DNA from: a bacterium
Lineage (GTDB): Bacteria > Hinthialibacterota > Hinthialibacteria > Hinthialibacterales > Hinthialibacteraceae
DNA length: 21,653 nucleotides
Direction: 5' to 3'
NCBI GenBank assembly: GCA_041946805.1
Contig: JBHGBC010000102.1
Location: 1 to 21,653 of the forward strand
Notes under the pieces: generated by a model
Told to the model about the DNA's origin: nothing
What the model saw: the letters and a program-made list of their open reading frames with translations, nothing else
Databases searched by the model: none
Translations under genes and position numbers: made by a program
Part shown: in pieces, positions 1 through 7,573 of the stretch
Numbering within the stretch: the first letter of the stretch is position 1
How the letters are laid out: each line of letters starts with the position of its first letter

Positions 1-234
1 GCCAAGCAGATGGACATCCAGGTGCGGACGGCCATTCTACTGGTAAACAGAGTGCGTGGCGAGCTGCCTGAGAGCCTGAAAGAGCATGTTCCCTCGGGGT
101 TCCAGGAGATGCTGTGCCTGCCTCACGATCCCAGGGTGGAGGAGATGGCCGTCTCCGGCCGGCCCCTGACCGAGCTGCCTGAGGACGACCCGTTGCTTAG
201 GGCGGTGCGGGAGTTGGCCCTCAGCCTCCGGTGA
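1..234 (+). CDS. C-terminal fragment of a CooC/AcsF-like (MinD/ParA superfamily) ATPase, 5' truncated by the window edge
   Basis: Frame is open from base 1 (AKQMDIQV...). LLVNRV...LPHDPRVEEMAVSGRPLTELPEDDPLLRAVRELA resembles the C-terminus of CooC-type nickel-insertion ATPases. The P-loop is outside the window. Confidence 0.65.
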   Translation, partial: AKQMDIQVRTAILLVNRVRGELPESLKEHVPSGFQEMLCLPHDPRVEEMAVSGRPLTELPEDDPLLRAVRELALSLR

Positions 235-329
235 TGCTGCGTATCCCAAGAATCACAGGAGCACTTTTATCGGCACCTAAGCATTCCTTCCACCGGAGAA
301 TGGCCTGACCGGCCGATTCGAGGGATCGG

Positions 330-956
330 ATGAGAATCAAGAGAGTCTATCTTGCCTTGATCGTCATTATTCTTGTCGTTATCACCGCGGCGATCTCTTC
401 GATAGCGTACGCCAACGTCCAGAGCGGCCGCATCGCCTACGTGGGCGTGCACGTTGACCGCTCTTCCTACCAGGCTGGGGATAACGTCACCTTCCGCCTT
501 GTTCCCCTGACCAAGGGGGTGGACTTCGATGTCACATTCATTCCTTCCAGTGGGATGCAGATCGTCCGCATTCCCGACGCCATGGGCCCCGATGGGTTCC
601 TGGCTGATCCCCAGGCCCTCAGTAAGGTATATTCGTACGGATACGGCGGCGGACTGGCATCTGTTCCCGTCGAGCGCTATGACAGCAGAGGCCCTTCGCC
701 CGTCCTATCCTGGAACGGTACCATATTCGTGTACAATGATTACCTGCTCGACAATGCCACCGGCAGGAACCAACAGTGGATGACGGCCAACAGCGGCTAC
801 TACCTGGTGGTGCCTCCGCCCTTCTCGTCGACCGGCCACCATGTCCAGTTCATGCTCGACCGCTCCTCCATCTTCTACTACCAGGGCTTCCAGGCCAGCA
901 TGAACTTCACCCGGGGGACGGACGCGATGCCCAGGCAATGCTCGACGGCGTTGTAG
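330..956 (+). CDS. Hypothetical membrane-anchored/secreted protein, possibly truncated near 910-930
   Basis: MRIKR followed by hydrophobic VYLALIVIILVVITAAISSIAYA. DRSSYQAGDNVTF is typical of the start of an Ig-like beta-sandwich. The last codons are antisense to the receiver gene. Confidence 0.65.
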   Translation: MRIKRVYLALIVIILVVITAAISSIAYANVQSGRIAYVGVHVDRSSYQAGDNVTFRLVPLTKGVDFDVTFIPSSGMQIVRIPDAMGPDGFLADPQALSKVYSYGYGGGLASVPVERYDSRGPSPVLSWNGTIFVYNDYLLDNATGRNQQWMTANSGYYLVVPPPFSSTGHHVQFMLDRSSIFYYQGFQASMNFTRGTDAMPRQCSTAL

Positions 957-1306
957 AGGTGGTGGGGACTGGAGTCGCGTTGTATGGTGAAGGTGACTCC
1001 CTGGGCGGACACGTCGATGGACCGCTGGGGAATCCGGGTGAGCGACAACAACAAGATGCGCCAGCGGGGCCGGACGCGCTTGAGAATCGACATGACCTTC
1101 GAGCCTTGGAAGGGGGGCATGCGGTCATCGTAAATGATCAGATCGGGATTTTTCGCCAGGGCGTTGCCCAGGGCGTCGCGGGGATCTTCCGCGTGGAACA
1201 ACACGCCTTCATGGGGCAGCACGCAATCCTGGACATTGTGGAGCACTCCGGGATCGTCGGTGATCAGGAATATTTTCTTGCCGCGAAACACACCATCGTT
1301 TTTCAT
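878..1306 (-). CDS. Stand-alone response-regulator receiver (REC)-like protein, atypical
   Basis: KKIFLITDD acidic pocket, NPDLIIYDDRMP phospho-Asp motif and RILLLS beta4 Ser. The conserved Lys position reads IQRD. RBS GGAGG lies just upstream of ATG 1306. Confidence 0.8.
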   Translation of the reverse strand: MKNDGVFRGKKIFLITDDPGVLHNVQDCVLPHEGVLFHAEDPRDALGNALAKNPDLIIYDDRMPPFQGSKVMSILKRVRPRWRILLLSLTRIPQRSIDVSAQGVTFTIQRDSSPHHLYNAVEHCLGIASVPRVKFMLAWKPW

Positions 1307-1635
1307 GATTCATCCTCCGTATACCAGCGAGGAACACATCCATTTCGCGTAATCCGCCTTTCAGGGAGGAATGTATCACAGAAATTCCGAAATGACCGAA
1401 AATCAAGGGAATTCGGGTAATCACGGTTCATCCATGATGCGAGGCGGGAGCCGGATCCGCAGTCTGTTTCCCGTTGGGTTCCTGGTATGCCTTCTCCTAC
1501 GAAGGGGGGGCGGTTCCGAGAGACTGGCAAGGCCGGGCGGATTAGCGCGCCGCGCGAAATCCGTCATCCGCATGTCCGTTTTGAAAAAGACAAAAACCGG
1601 TTGTTTCTCCCCCCGGAAGCGAATGGGGGCCTTGC

Positions 1636-2862
1636 TCAGTAAATCCCCCACGCCTTCACGGGCGCGACATCGCCGGCCCGGAGTCCATGCGGACCAGGTC
1701 CCTCGGGCAGGGTGACATGGCAGACGCGGCAGTCGGAGATTGCGCCGGCAAAGCCTTGAACACGGATGGCCTGCGCGTTGTCCGCCGGTTGGATGGTGGG
1801 CCATATGGCGTGCGGACTGTTGTGGCAGGCCTCGCAGAAGAGGCCGCCGTGGCCGGTGCTCTGCCGGTACAATTTCCCGGGATTCACGGCGTATTGGGCG
1901 GCATGGCAGTCATCGCACTTGGGTTCGTCCAGCCAAGGCCGGCGGTTCTGCTGCTGAATGCTGGAAGCCACCTGCGCCAAGGTGCCATGGCAGTCTTCAC
2001 AACGATGGCCGGCCGAGAACATCACATCGCGAAAGCACTGGGTGGCGCGGCCGGGATGGCAATCGTAGCATTCAATATTCAAGCCCTCTTCCTGAGCTTC
2101 CCGGGCGTGCTTGCCATGGACCGCCAGGGAAAGGCTGGGGATGCCGGGCTTTTTGGAGGTCCCCAGCGCGTTCGATTCGTGACAACTGGCGCACAGGACC
2201 GGTTTCAGGGCAGTTAGCGATTGCCCGTTCACTTCATCGTGTTCTTCGAGAATGACTTCCTCGGGCGTCATGCCATCTTCCCGGTGGCATTGATCGCAAT
2301 GCATTTCCACCGACACGGGAGCGACGATTTCGGATTCATCCCACTTTTCCCCGGACTGGGCGTCCATGAGGGTGAGCACGGCCACCTGGTACGGGTGTTC
2401 CACGGCGGGATTATCGTCGTCGAAAGGCGTCAGGGGCACGCCGGTGGCTTCGAAGGCCTGACTGTTCCAGGTCATCGCTCCAGCCAGGCCGTTGCCGGTC
2501 AGTCCGACATCGGGCTGGAGGGTGACGTTGAATAACCGGTTCGCGTAATCCCAGAAATTGACCTTGGTGTGACTGACCGTGTTTTTTGGAAAGCGGTAGG
2601 TTACCGTCACGTTTTGATCGACCAGCCGGGGATGGCTTCCCCGTTGGATGACCTGCGCCCAGAGATTGTTGAATGGGGGCAGTATGCAGAGGTTTTCATA
2701 GCGCTGGTTCATGCAGTGCATCCCCAGGTCGTTCCAGCCCAGCACCACGTAGGCTTGCGCGGCGGGCAGGGCGGACGGGGAACTGTCTGGAAATGCCGGA
2801 AGACTTCCCAGCGCGATCGGGAGAAACGAGAAAAGTACACGAAGCAGCCCATCGTTGGACAT
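1636..2862 (-). CDS. Secreted multiheme cytochrome c with 7 CxxCH motifs (WNDLGMHC-type N-terminal domain)
   Basis: Heme motifs CDQCH, CASCH, CYDCH, CEDCH, CDDCH, CEACH and CRVCH, plus a hydrophobic signal peptide. Start moved from 2895 to ATG 2862 because GAGGAT lies 6 nt upstream. Confidence 0.92.
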   Translation of the reverse strand: MSNDGLLRVLFSFLPIALGSLPAFPDSSPSALPAAQAYVVLGWNDLGMHCMNQRYENLCILPPFNNLWAQVIQRGSHPRLVDQNVTVTYRFPKNTVSHTKVNFWDYANRLFNVTLQPDVGLTGNGLAGAMTWNSQAFEATGVPLTPFDDDNPAVEHPYQVAVLTLMDAQSGEKWDESEIVAPVSVEMHCDQCHREDGMTPEEVILEEHDEVNGQSLTALKPVLCASCHESNALGTSKKPGIPSLSLAVHGKHAREAQEEGLNIECYDCHPGRATQCFRDVMFSAGHRCEDCHGTLAQVASSIQQQNRRPWLDEPKCDDCHAAQYAVNPGKLYRQSTGHGGLFCEACHNSPHAIWPTIQPADNAQAIRVQGFAGAISDCRVCHVTLPEGPGPHGLRAGDVAPVKAWGIY

Positions 2863-2906
2863 GGCGTTATCCTCACTTTCAGACAGTGTTCGCATCCGTA
2901 CAGGTT

Positions 2907-2935
2907 AATAAATATTCATTTATTCAGAATGTCAA
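2907..2935 (-). promoter_or_regulatory. Sigma70-type promoter region of the cytochrome gene with an overlapping palindromic operator
   Basis: TTGACA on the minus strand (2935-2930) followed by an AT-rich -10 region. Palindrome AATAAAT-ATTC-ATTTATT at 2907-2924. Confidence 0.55.
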
Positions 2936-3020
2936 CCAAATTTGGATTGAGGTATGGAACGCGGAGGGGATTACAGAGCAGGAGGTATATCCTGGTTGAC
3001 TCCGAAGCTCCGGCATGGCT

Positions 3021-3140
3021 TTCCCCCCCTCACCCCGCCCTTCTCTCCCGAGGGGAGAGGGAGAAGAAAAGAGAGGGGGGTTGTATGCCAGGAACTGGGT
3101 TCGATGATCCTGGCTACAATAATGTTGCCCCTACGGGGCG
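3021..3140. repeat. BoxC-like plus REP-like hairpin cassette without terminal inverted repeats
   Basis: CCCTCACCCCGCCCTTCTCTCCC-GA-GGGGAGAGGG, then CCAGG...CCTGGCTA and GCCCCTACGGGGC, in the same order as inside the 9-kb element. Confidence 0.7.
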
Positions 3141-3169
3141 TGACGGATGCGAGGACGGCGGTTCAATCG

Positions 3170-3278
3170 GGAGGAGGGAAGTCCGCATCACAAAACGCAG
3201 GCACGATGCCTGCATCACAAACAACGCAGGCGGGATGTCCGCACTCCAATACACAGGCCGTGGTGACCGCGCACCAAA
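3170..3278. repeat. Tandem array of 3-4 degenerate ~27-29 bp palindromic REP-like units
   Basis: GCAGGCacgatGCCTGCATCACAA (3197), GCAGGCgggatGTCCGCACTCCAA (3226), partial GTCCGCATCACAA (3181) and a degenerate ACAGGC...GCACCAAA (3253). Confidence 0.7.
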
Positions 3279-3283
3279 GGGAT

Positions 3284-6200
3284 TTATTTCAATTGAAGAT
3301 TGACGTCTTTCACGTCTTCGGTCTTGATTTCGGCGGGCCGGACGGGGCTGAGGCCGACGGAATACCGGGACGACCAAAGTTCATACGTCCCTTCCTGAAG
3401 ATGGGGGAATTGATACTGGCCGAATTCCCCCGCCTGCGTGGAGCGGGCCGGGCGCAGGATCGTATAGGGCCGGAGGATCTGCGTTTTCGCCTCAGGCAAG
3501 CGGAGTTGCACGTACGCGCCGGAGGCGGGGTGATTGTCCGGCCCGATGGTGAAACCGGAGATCATGGGGCCATTCAGGGAGATTTCCAGAAACTTGTTTT
3601 CTTTCTCCTCGATCGCGACCTCGAGCCAGCGGAACGGCTTGTCCGGATGGCTGCCGCCGATGATCAGGTGATACATCCCCGGCGGCAGGCCCTCGAACGC
3701 AAAGCGCCCCATTTCCGAGGTCGATTGCGCGTAGATCCGGAGCGGCGGGTGAGCGCGGGAATCCACCAAGTAAACCGGTTCGCCGCTGACATTGTCGCCG
3801 GAAAAGATCACGACACCCTTGAGGACGCCTTCGCCGGATTGGGGCGCGTACACGAATTCCGATACGGGTTGGCCGGGATCGGCCGGATAGAGATGGACGG
3901 GCGCGCCGCCGATGCCGATCACCGCCCCTTCGCCCGGCTGGTGGAACCGTGTTTCGAAGGCGGCGCGGCCATCGGCGCCGGTTTGCCGCGTATAGACCCG
4001 GTTGGGAAAGCCCTGATCGTACAGATGGACGTTCTGGTTGGGAGTGGGCGTCCCGTCCGGATTCTTGACAATGACCTGGAACGTAACCGGCGGATTTTTC
4101 GGGAGCGGGGAAAGCGCCGGCAACACGGCAGTCTCCCCGGGGGTGACCGGCACGCACAAGGCCGAAGCCACAGCCCCGCCGTTTTCGGCCGCTTCAAGAT
4201 CGTAGATCCCCGCGGGGACGTTTTGGATCCGGAACGCGCCGTTGCGCTGGATCTGGCTTTTCAAGCCCAGGAACCAGGGCGGGAAAAACCGGCTGTCCCG
4301 CAGGTCGGCGGTGACATGGGGCCGGATGGTGAGATTGAGCGGATTCTGGGCCGCGCCGCCGGGGAGGGATACTACTCCTTGAATAATGCCTTCCGGAAGC
4401 AGGGAGACGAAGGTTTCCTTCCCCTCGCCGGGTTGGAATGCGAAAGGCCCGATGGCCCGGGCGGCGTGTCCGGGCGCGGAGACGATGAATTCCAGGGGCC
4501 GGGGCGCGAGATTGGGCAGGAAGAATTCGCCGCTGGCGTCGTGGATGGTTTTCCCCTGGCCCCAATAGGGATTCAAGCCCGGCCGGTCTTCATAATCCAA
4601 TGATTCACGGGATTCCCAATAGCGGATGGAAAAGGTGGTGAGGGGCGCGCCGGATTGGGCGTCCACCACCCGGCCTTTCAGCGTGGGGCGGGCCAGGTAG
4701 GGCGGCAATTGAATGACCAGCCCGGTCTGGCCCGGCGACAGGTTTTCCACGGTCTGCCGCGGCGTGATCTGGCCCTCGCGGGGAGCGGCCTTCACGTTCA
4801 GATTGTAGGTTCCCGGACTGAGTTGATTGAAAGAGAACACGCCGGCCGCGTTGGTTTTTTGCTGCGTGACGAAGACCAGGCGTTTGTCTGGGGAACCGTT
4901 GGCGTCCGGGGCGGGCGTGACTTCGTTGATTTCCACCCGCGAAATGGAGACTTCGGCGTCTTCCAAGGGAATCCCCGCCGGGTCCACCACCGTGCCCGCG
5001 ATGGGAAGCGTGGGCGTCAGAACGATGTTTACTTTGGTTTCTTGTTGGTTGACGGCCTCCACATGGTGTTGGACAAAGATTTCATACCCATCGGTCGCGG
5101 CGTTGATCGTGTATTTCCCGGGCAGCAAGCGGCCGGATACGTATTCCCCCTTCTCGCGCGTGACGGGCTGGCCGCTGAAGGGATTCACCCCCAGGCGGGT
5201 TAGTTTGAGACCCGCCTCCTCGCCGCTGATGTCCTGGCTGATGATGTTGACCGTCAGGTTGACGATGGGCGTGCCGGTGGGATCGGTCACCGTCCCCGCG
5301 ATCGTGCCTCCGGCGTTCAACGTCAAGTCTTGTTGAACCGGCGCCGCGGCGTTGGGAATCTGGATTGGCCCTACTTCACAGCCGAGATACCCCGAGGCGG
5401 ACGCGATCAGCGTGATCCCCGCCTCCCCGGCCAGATCGGCGGTGGGCAGGCTGTTGAATTGATACACCCCCTGCGCGCCGCTTTGCGTATGGTTCACCCA
5501 GTTGGCCGAGACCAAGGCCCCCGCCACCGGCTGGCCCTCGGGATTGAGCACCCGTCCGGTGATCACGCCTCCCGGCGCGATTTTCAACACCAGGCCGTCC
5601 TTGGAGCGCGCGCTGGCGAGATCCACGCTCTGGGCGAAAGAATTCCGCCCCTCGTTCAATTGGCCCTCGTCCCAATACGTGGGAAAGAAGCCCTCTTTCC
5701 GGGCGGCGAGATAATAGGTCCGGGCCGAGAGATTTTGAAACTCGAACGTTCCGTCCTGCCGGGACGCTGTTTTGAGGGGAGAAAATCCCCGGCCGGCTTC
5801 CGCCGATATCTGGGCTTCGGCTACCGGTTCGTTGGTGTCGCTGCGGATCACGGTTCCTTTGACGGTCCGGGGATCCGCCAGATACAACTCCACTCCGGAC
5901 TCGGACTGGCCGTCGCGGATCGAGAGAGTGTCCCAGGCTTGCAGGTGGGGATCGAACGGGATCCGGCCTTCGAACGAACGGGCGTCCATCCGCGCGTTGG
6001 CCACGCTGACCAGGCCCTCTTTCGAGGCGGTCAGATAATAGAGTTGATCGGCCAATTGGGTAAAAGTGAACGTTCCGTCCGGTCCGGTGGCGCTTTCCGC
6101 CTGGAGAGGTTCCCGGATTTTCTCTGGATTACCATAGAGGCGGACGAGGGCTCCTTCCACGGGCTGTTGGGTGTCCTTGTGAAGGATGCGCCCGGAAATC

Positions 6201-7180
6201 ACCGCGGTCCCTTTACCCGGCTCGCTGACTTTGATCCCCGACGCTTCCAGGTCGAACAGGGCGGGATCGATCGGGCCCGGCGCGGCCTGAAGGATGGTCC
6301 CGCGCGCCCCGATATTGCCTTCAATCAGGGTAAAGGCCTCCCGGGCGAACCAGATATCTCCGGGCAGCAGTTGAAATTCGAAGACGGTCATCACCCGCGA
6401 GTTGATCAGGTCCCAGGTATGGGTGATGGTCTGAGGCGCCGGGCCCTCCGGGGTGTTGAAATAGCCGTTAGGGAATTCCCAGACGGCGGAGTAGGAGCTG
6501 GCGCTGGGCTGGATGGGATCGGGATGGTCGTTGAATTCCTCGATCCGGGTCAGGATCCCGTTGGCGGGATCCACGTAAAAGCGGGCGGAGGTGAAGTTGG
6601 GACTGCGGGGCCGGAAATCGTAGGTGGGGAGTTCGATCTGGGCGAAGGAATACCCGGACAGCGCCGGCGCTTCGAGAATCACGAGCGGCCGGCCGTCCGC
6701 GGCGGTGGTCTCGCCGGCCAGGCGCAACGAGGCGGGATCCACTCCCTGCAAGGCGGTGATCAGGGCCGGTTTGACGCGGAATCCGACGCCGAAGCCGTAG
6801 GGGGGCTGGGCGAATGAGTAAAACGGTTGCTCCCCTACATCGAAAACCCCCCGCACCCCGTTGTTGTAGATCAGTTTCAAGGAGATGTTGTTTTCTACTT
6901 CCATCCGGACTTTGTCCGGACCGGCAAACCAGATCCGGGAATGGGATGCTTCCCGGCGGTTGCCGAAAAAGGCTTGGTACTCCATTTCATAGGTGATGGA
7001 GCGGAGGGACGCGCGCAACCAGACTTGATTGGCTTCGGCCACCTTGGCCCAGATTTCGGCGGGAACCGGCTGGGCGGCCAGCGGGCACGGGGCATACCCC
7101 AGACCGGCCAGGATTGCCAGGCAGCCCATCATTGTAAATATGCGAAAGTTCCGCCGGGTCGGGACGGGGTGACCGGACAT
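3284..7180 (-). CDS. Large secreted protein: LolA/RseB-like N-terminal domain plus ~10 carboxypeptidase-regulatory-like (CnaB/prealbumin-like) beta-sandwich repeats
   Basis: Signal peptide ending PLAA-Q. Repeated starts ISGRILHKDTQQPVEGA, VKGTVIRSDTNEPVAEA, ITGRVLNPEGQPVAGA, IAGTVTDPTGTP, IAGTVVDPAGIP, LKGRVVDAQSGAP and others, each followed by GxFxFxxLxxGxY-like motifs. Confidence 0.85.
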   Translation of the reverse strand: MSGHPVPTRRNFRIFTMMGCLAILAGLGYAPCPLAAQPVPAEIWAKVAEANQVWLRASLRSITYEMEYQAFFGNRREASHSRIWFAGPDKVRMEVENNISLKLIYNNGVRGVFDVGEQPFYSFAQPPYGFGVGFRVKPALITALQGVDPASLRLAGETTAADGRPLVILEAPALSGYSFAQIELPTYDFRPRSPNFTSARFYVDPANGILTRIEEFNDHPDPIQPSASSYSAVWEFPNGYFNTPEGPAPQTITHTWDLINSRVMTVFEFQLLPGDIWFAREAFTLIEGNIGARGTILQAAPGPIDPALFDLEASGIKVSEPGKGTAVISGRILHKDTQQPVEGALVRLYGNPEKIREPLQAESATGPDGTFTFTQLADQLYYLTASKEGLVSVANARMDARSFEGRIPFDPHLQAWDTLSIRDGQSESGVELYLADPRTVKGTVIRSDTNEPVAEAQISAEAGRGFSPLKTASRQDGTFEFQNLSARTYYLAARKEGFFPTYWDEGQLNEGRNSFAQSVDLASARSKDGLVLKIAPGGVITGRVLNPEGQPVAGALVSANWVNHTQSGAQGVYQFNSLPTADLAGEAGITLIASASGYLGCEVGPIQIPNAAAPVQQDLTLNAGGTIAGTVTDPTGTPIVNLTVNIISQDISGEEAGLKLTRLGVNPFSGQPVTREKGEYVSGRLLPGKYTINAATDGYEIFVQHHVEAVNQQETKVNIVLTPTLPIAGTVVDPAGIPLEDAEVSISRVEINEVTPAPDANGSPDKRLVFVTQQKTNAAGVFSFNQLSPGTYNLNVKAAPREGQITPRQTVENLSPGQTGLVIQLPPYLARPTLKGRVVDAQSGAPLTTFSIRYWESRESLDYEDRPGLNPYWGQGKTIHDASGEFFLPNLAPRPLEFIVSAPGHAARAIGPFAFQPGEGKETFVSLLPEGIIQGVVSLPGGAAQNPLNLTIRPHVTADLRDSRFFPPWFLGLKSQIQRNGAFRIQNVPAGIYDLEAAENGGAVASALCVPVTPGETAVLPALSPLPKNPPVTFQVIVKNPDGTPTPNQNVHLYDQGFPNRVYTRQTGADGRAAFETRFHQPGEGAVIGIGGAPVHLYPADPGQPVSEFVYAPQSGEGVLKGVVIFSGDNVSGEPVYLVDSRAHPPLRIYAQSTSEMGRFAFEGLPPGMYHLIIGGSHPDKPFRWLEVAIEEKENKFLEISLNGPMISGFTIGPDNHPASGAYVQLRLPEAKTQILRPYTILRPARSTQAGEFGQYQFPHLQEGTYELWSSRYSVGLSPVRPAEIKTEDVKDVNLQLK

Positions 7181-7573
7181 GCAATGAACCTTGTTCGTGA
7201 TAAGAACAATGCCATATATTGGTAAGTGTATCTTGAATTGAATGGCATGAACGAATCAAGGACTCCCGTTCCGGTAATCCTGTTTTTTGGTCATTTTCGG
7301 ATTGATCTAGACAGTTTCAGGATATGTTCAATGAACCGGAAGCCTTCGGCGGGTGTCTTTTTTTTCTTCCCTTGTCCCTTTCGTCTCACCGAGGCAATGG
7401 AGTAACGCGGGCTGAATGCGCAGAATAACGCACCGTTCCGGGTCAACTTGGGCGCCTTGGCCATCCTGTTCGAAATCTCGACCTTTTCTCCCCCCGGAGT
7501 CTCCTGTGTGACATAATTTTATCCGGAAGAATAGGGTACGGTTGCCTCAAATCCGCAGGGAAGGGAAGAAACG

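Noticed and set aside
847..906. 10-bp inverted repeat AGTTCATGCT/AGCATGAACT near the suspected junction
   Set aside because: Short, inside coding sequence and compatible with chance.
1307..1635. Possible riboswitch or small ORF upstream of the receiver gene
   Set aside because: I could not match cobalamin, c-di-GMP, TPP or SAM consensus elements by eye, and the ORFs lack supporting features. An Rfam scan would be decisive.
3170..3278. Possible mini-CRISPR array
   Set aside because: Units are nearly contiguous with only a few variable bases, are degenerate, and no cas genes are present.
2954..6817. Long plus-strand ORFs 2954-4603 (549 aa) and 5330-6817 (495 aa)
   Set aside because: Antisense shadows of the 1298-aa gene, expected in GC-rich DNA. 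No motifs, and the first runs through repeat DNA.
7300..7366. Possible sRNA or attenuator (small GCC-TTC-GGC hairpin before a T run)
   Set aside because: The stem is weak and the promoter spacing unconvincing.
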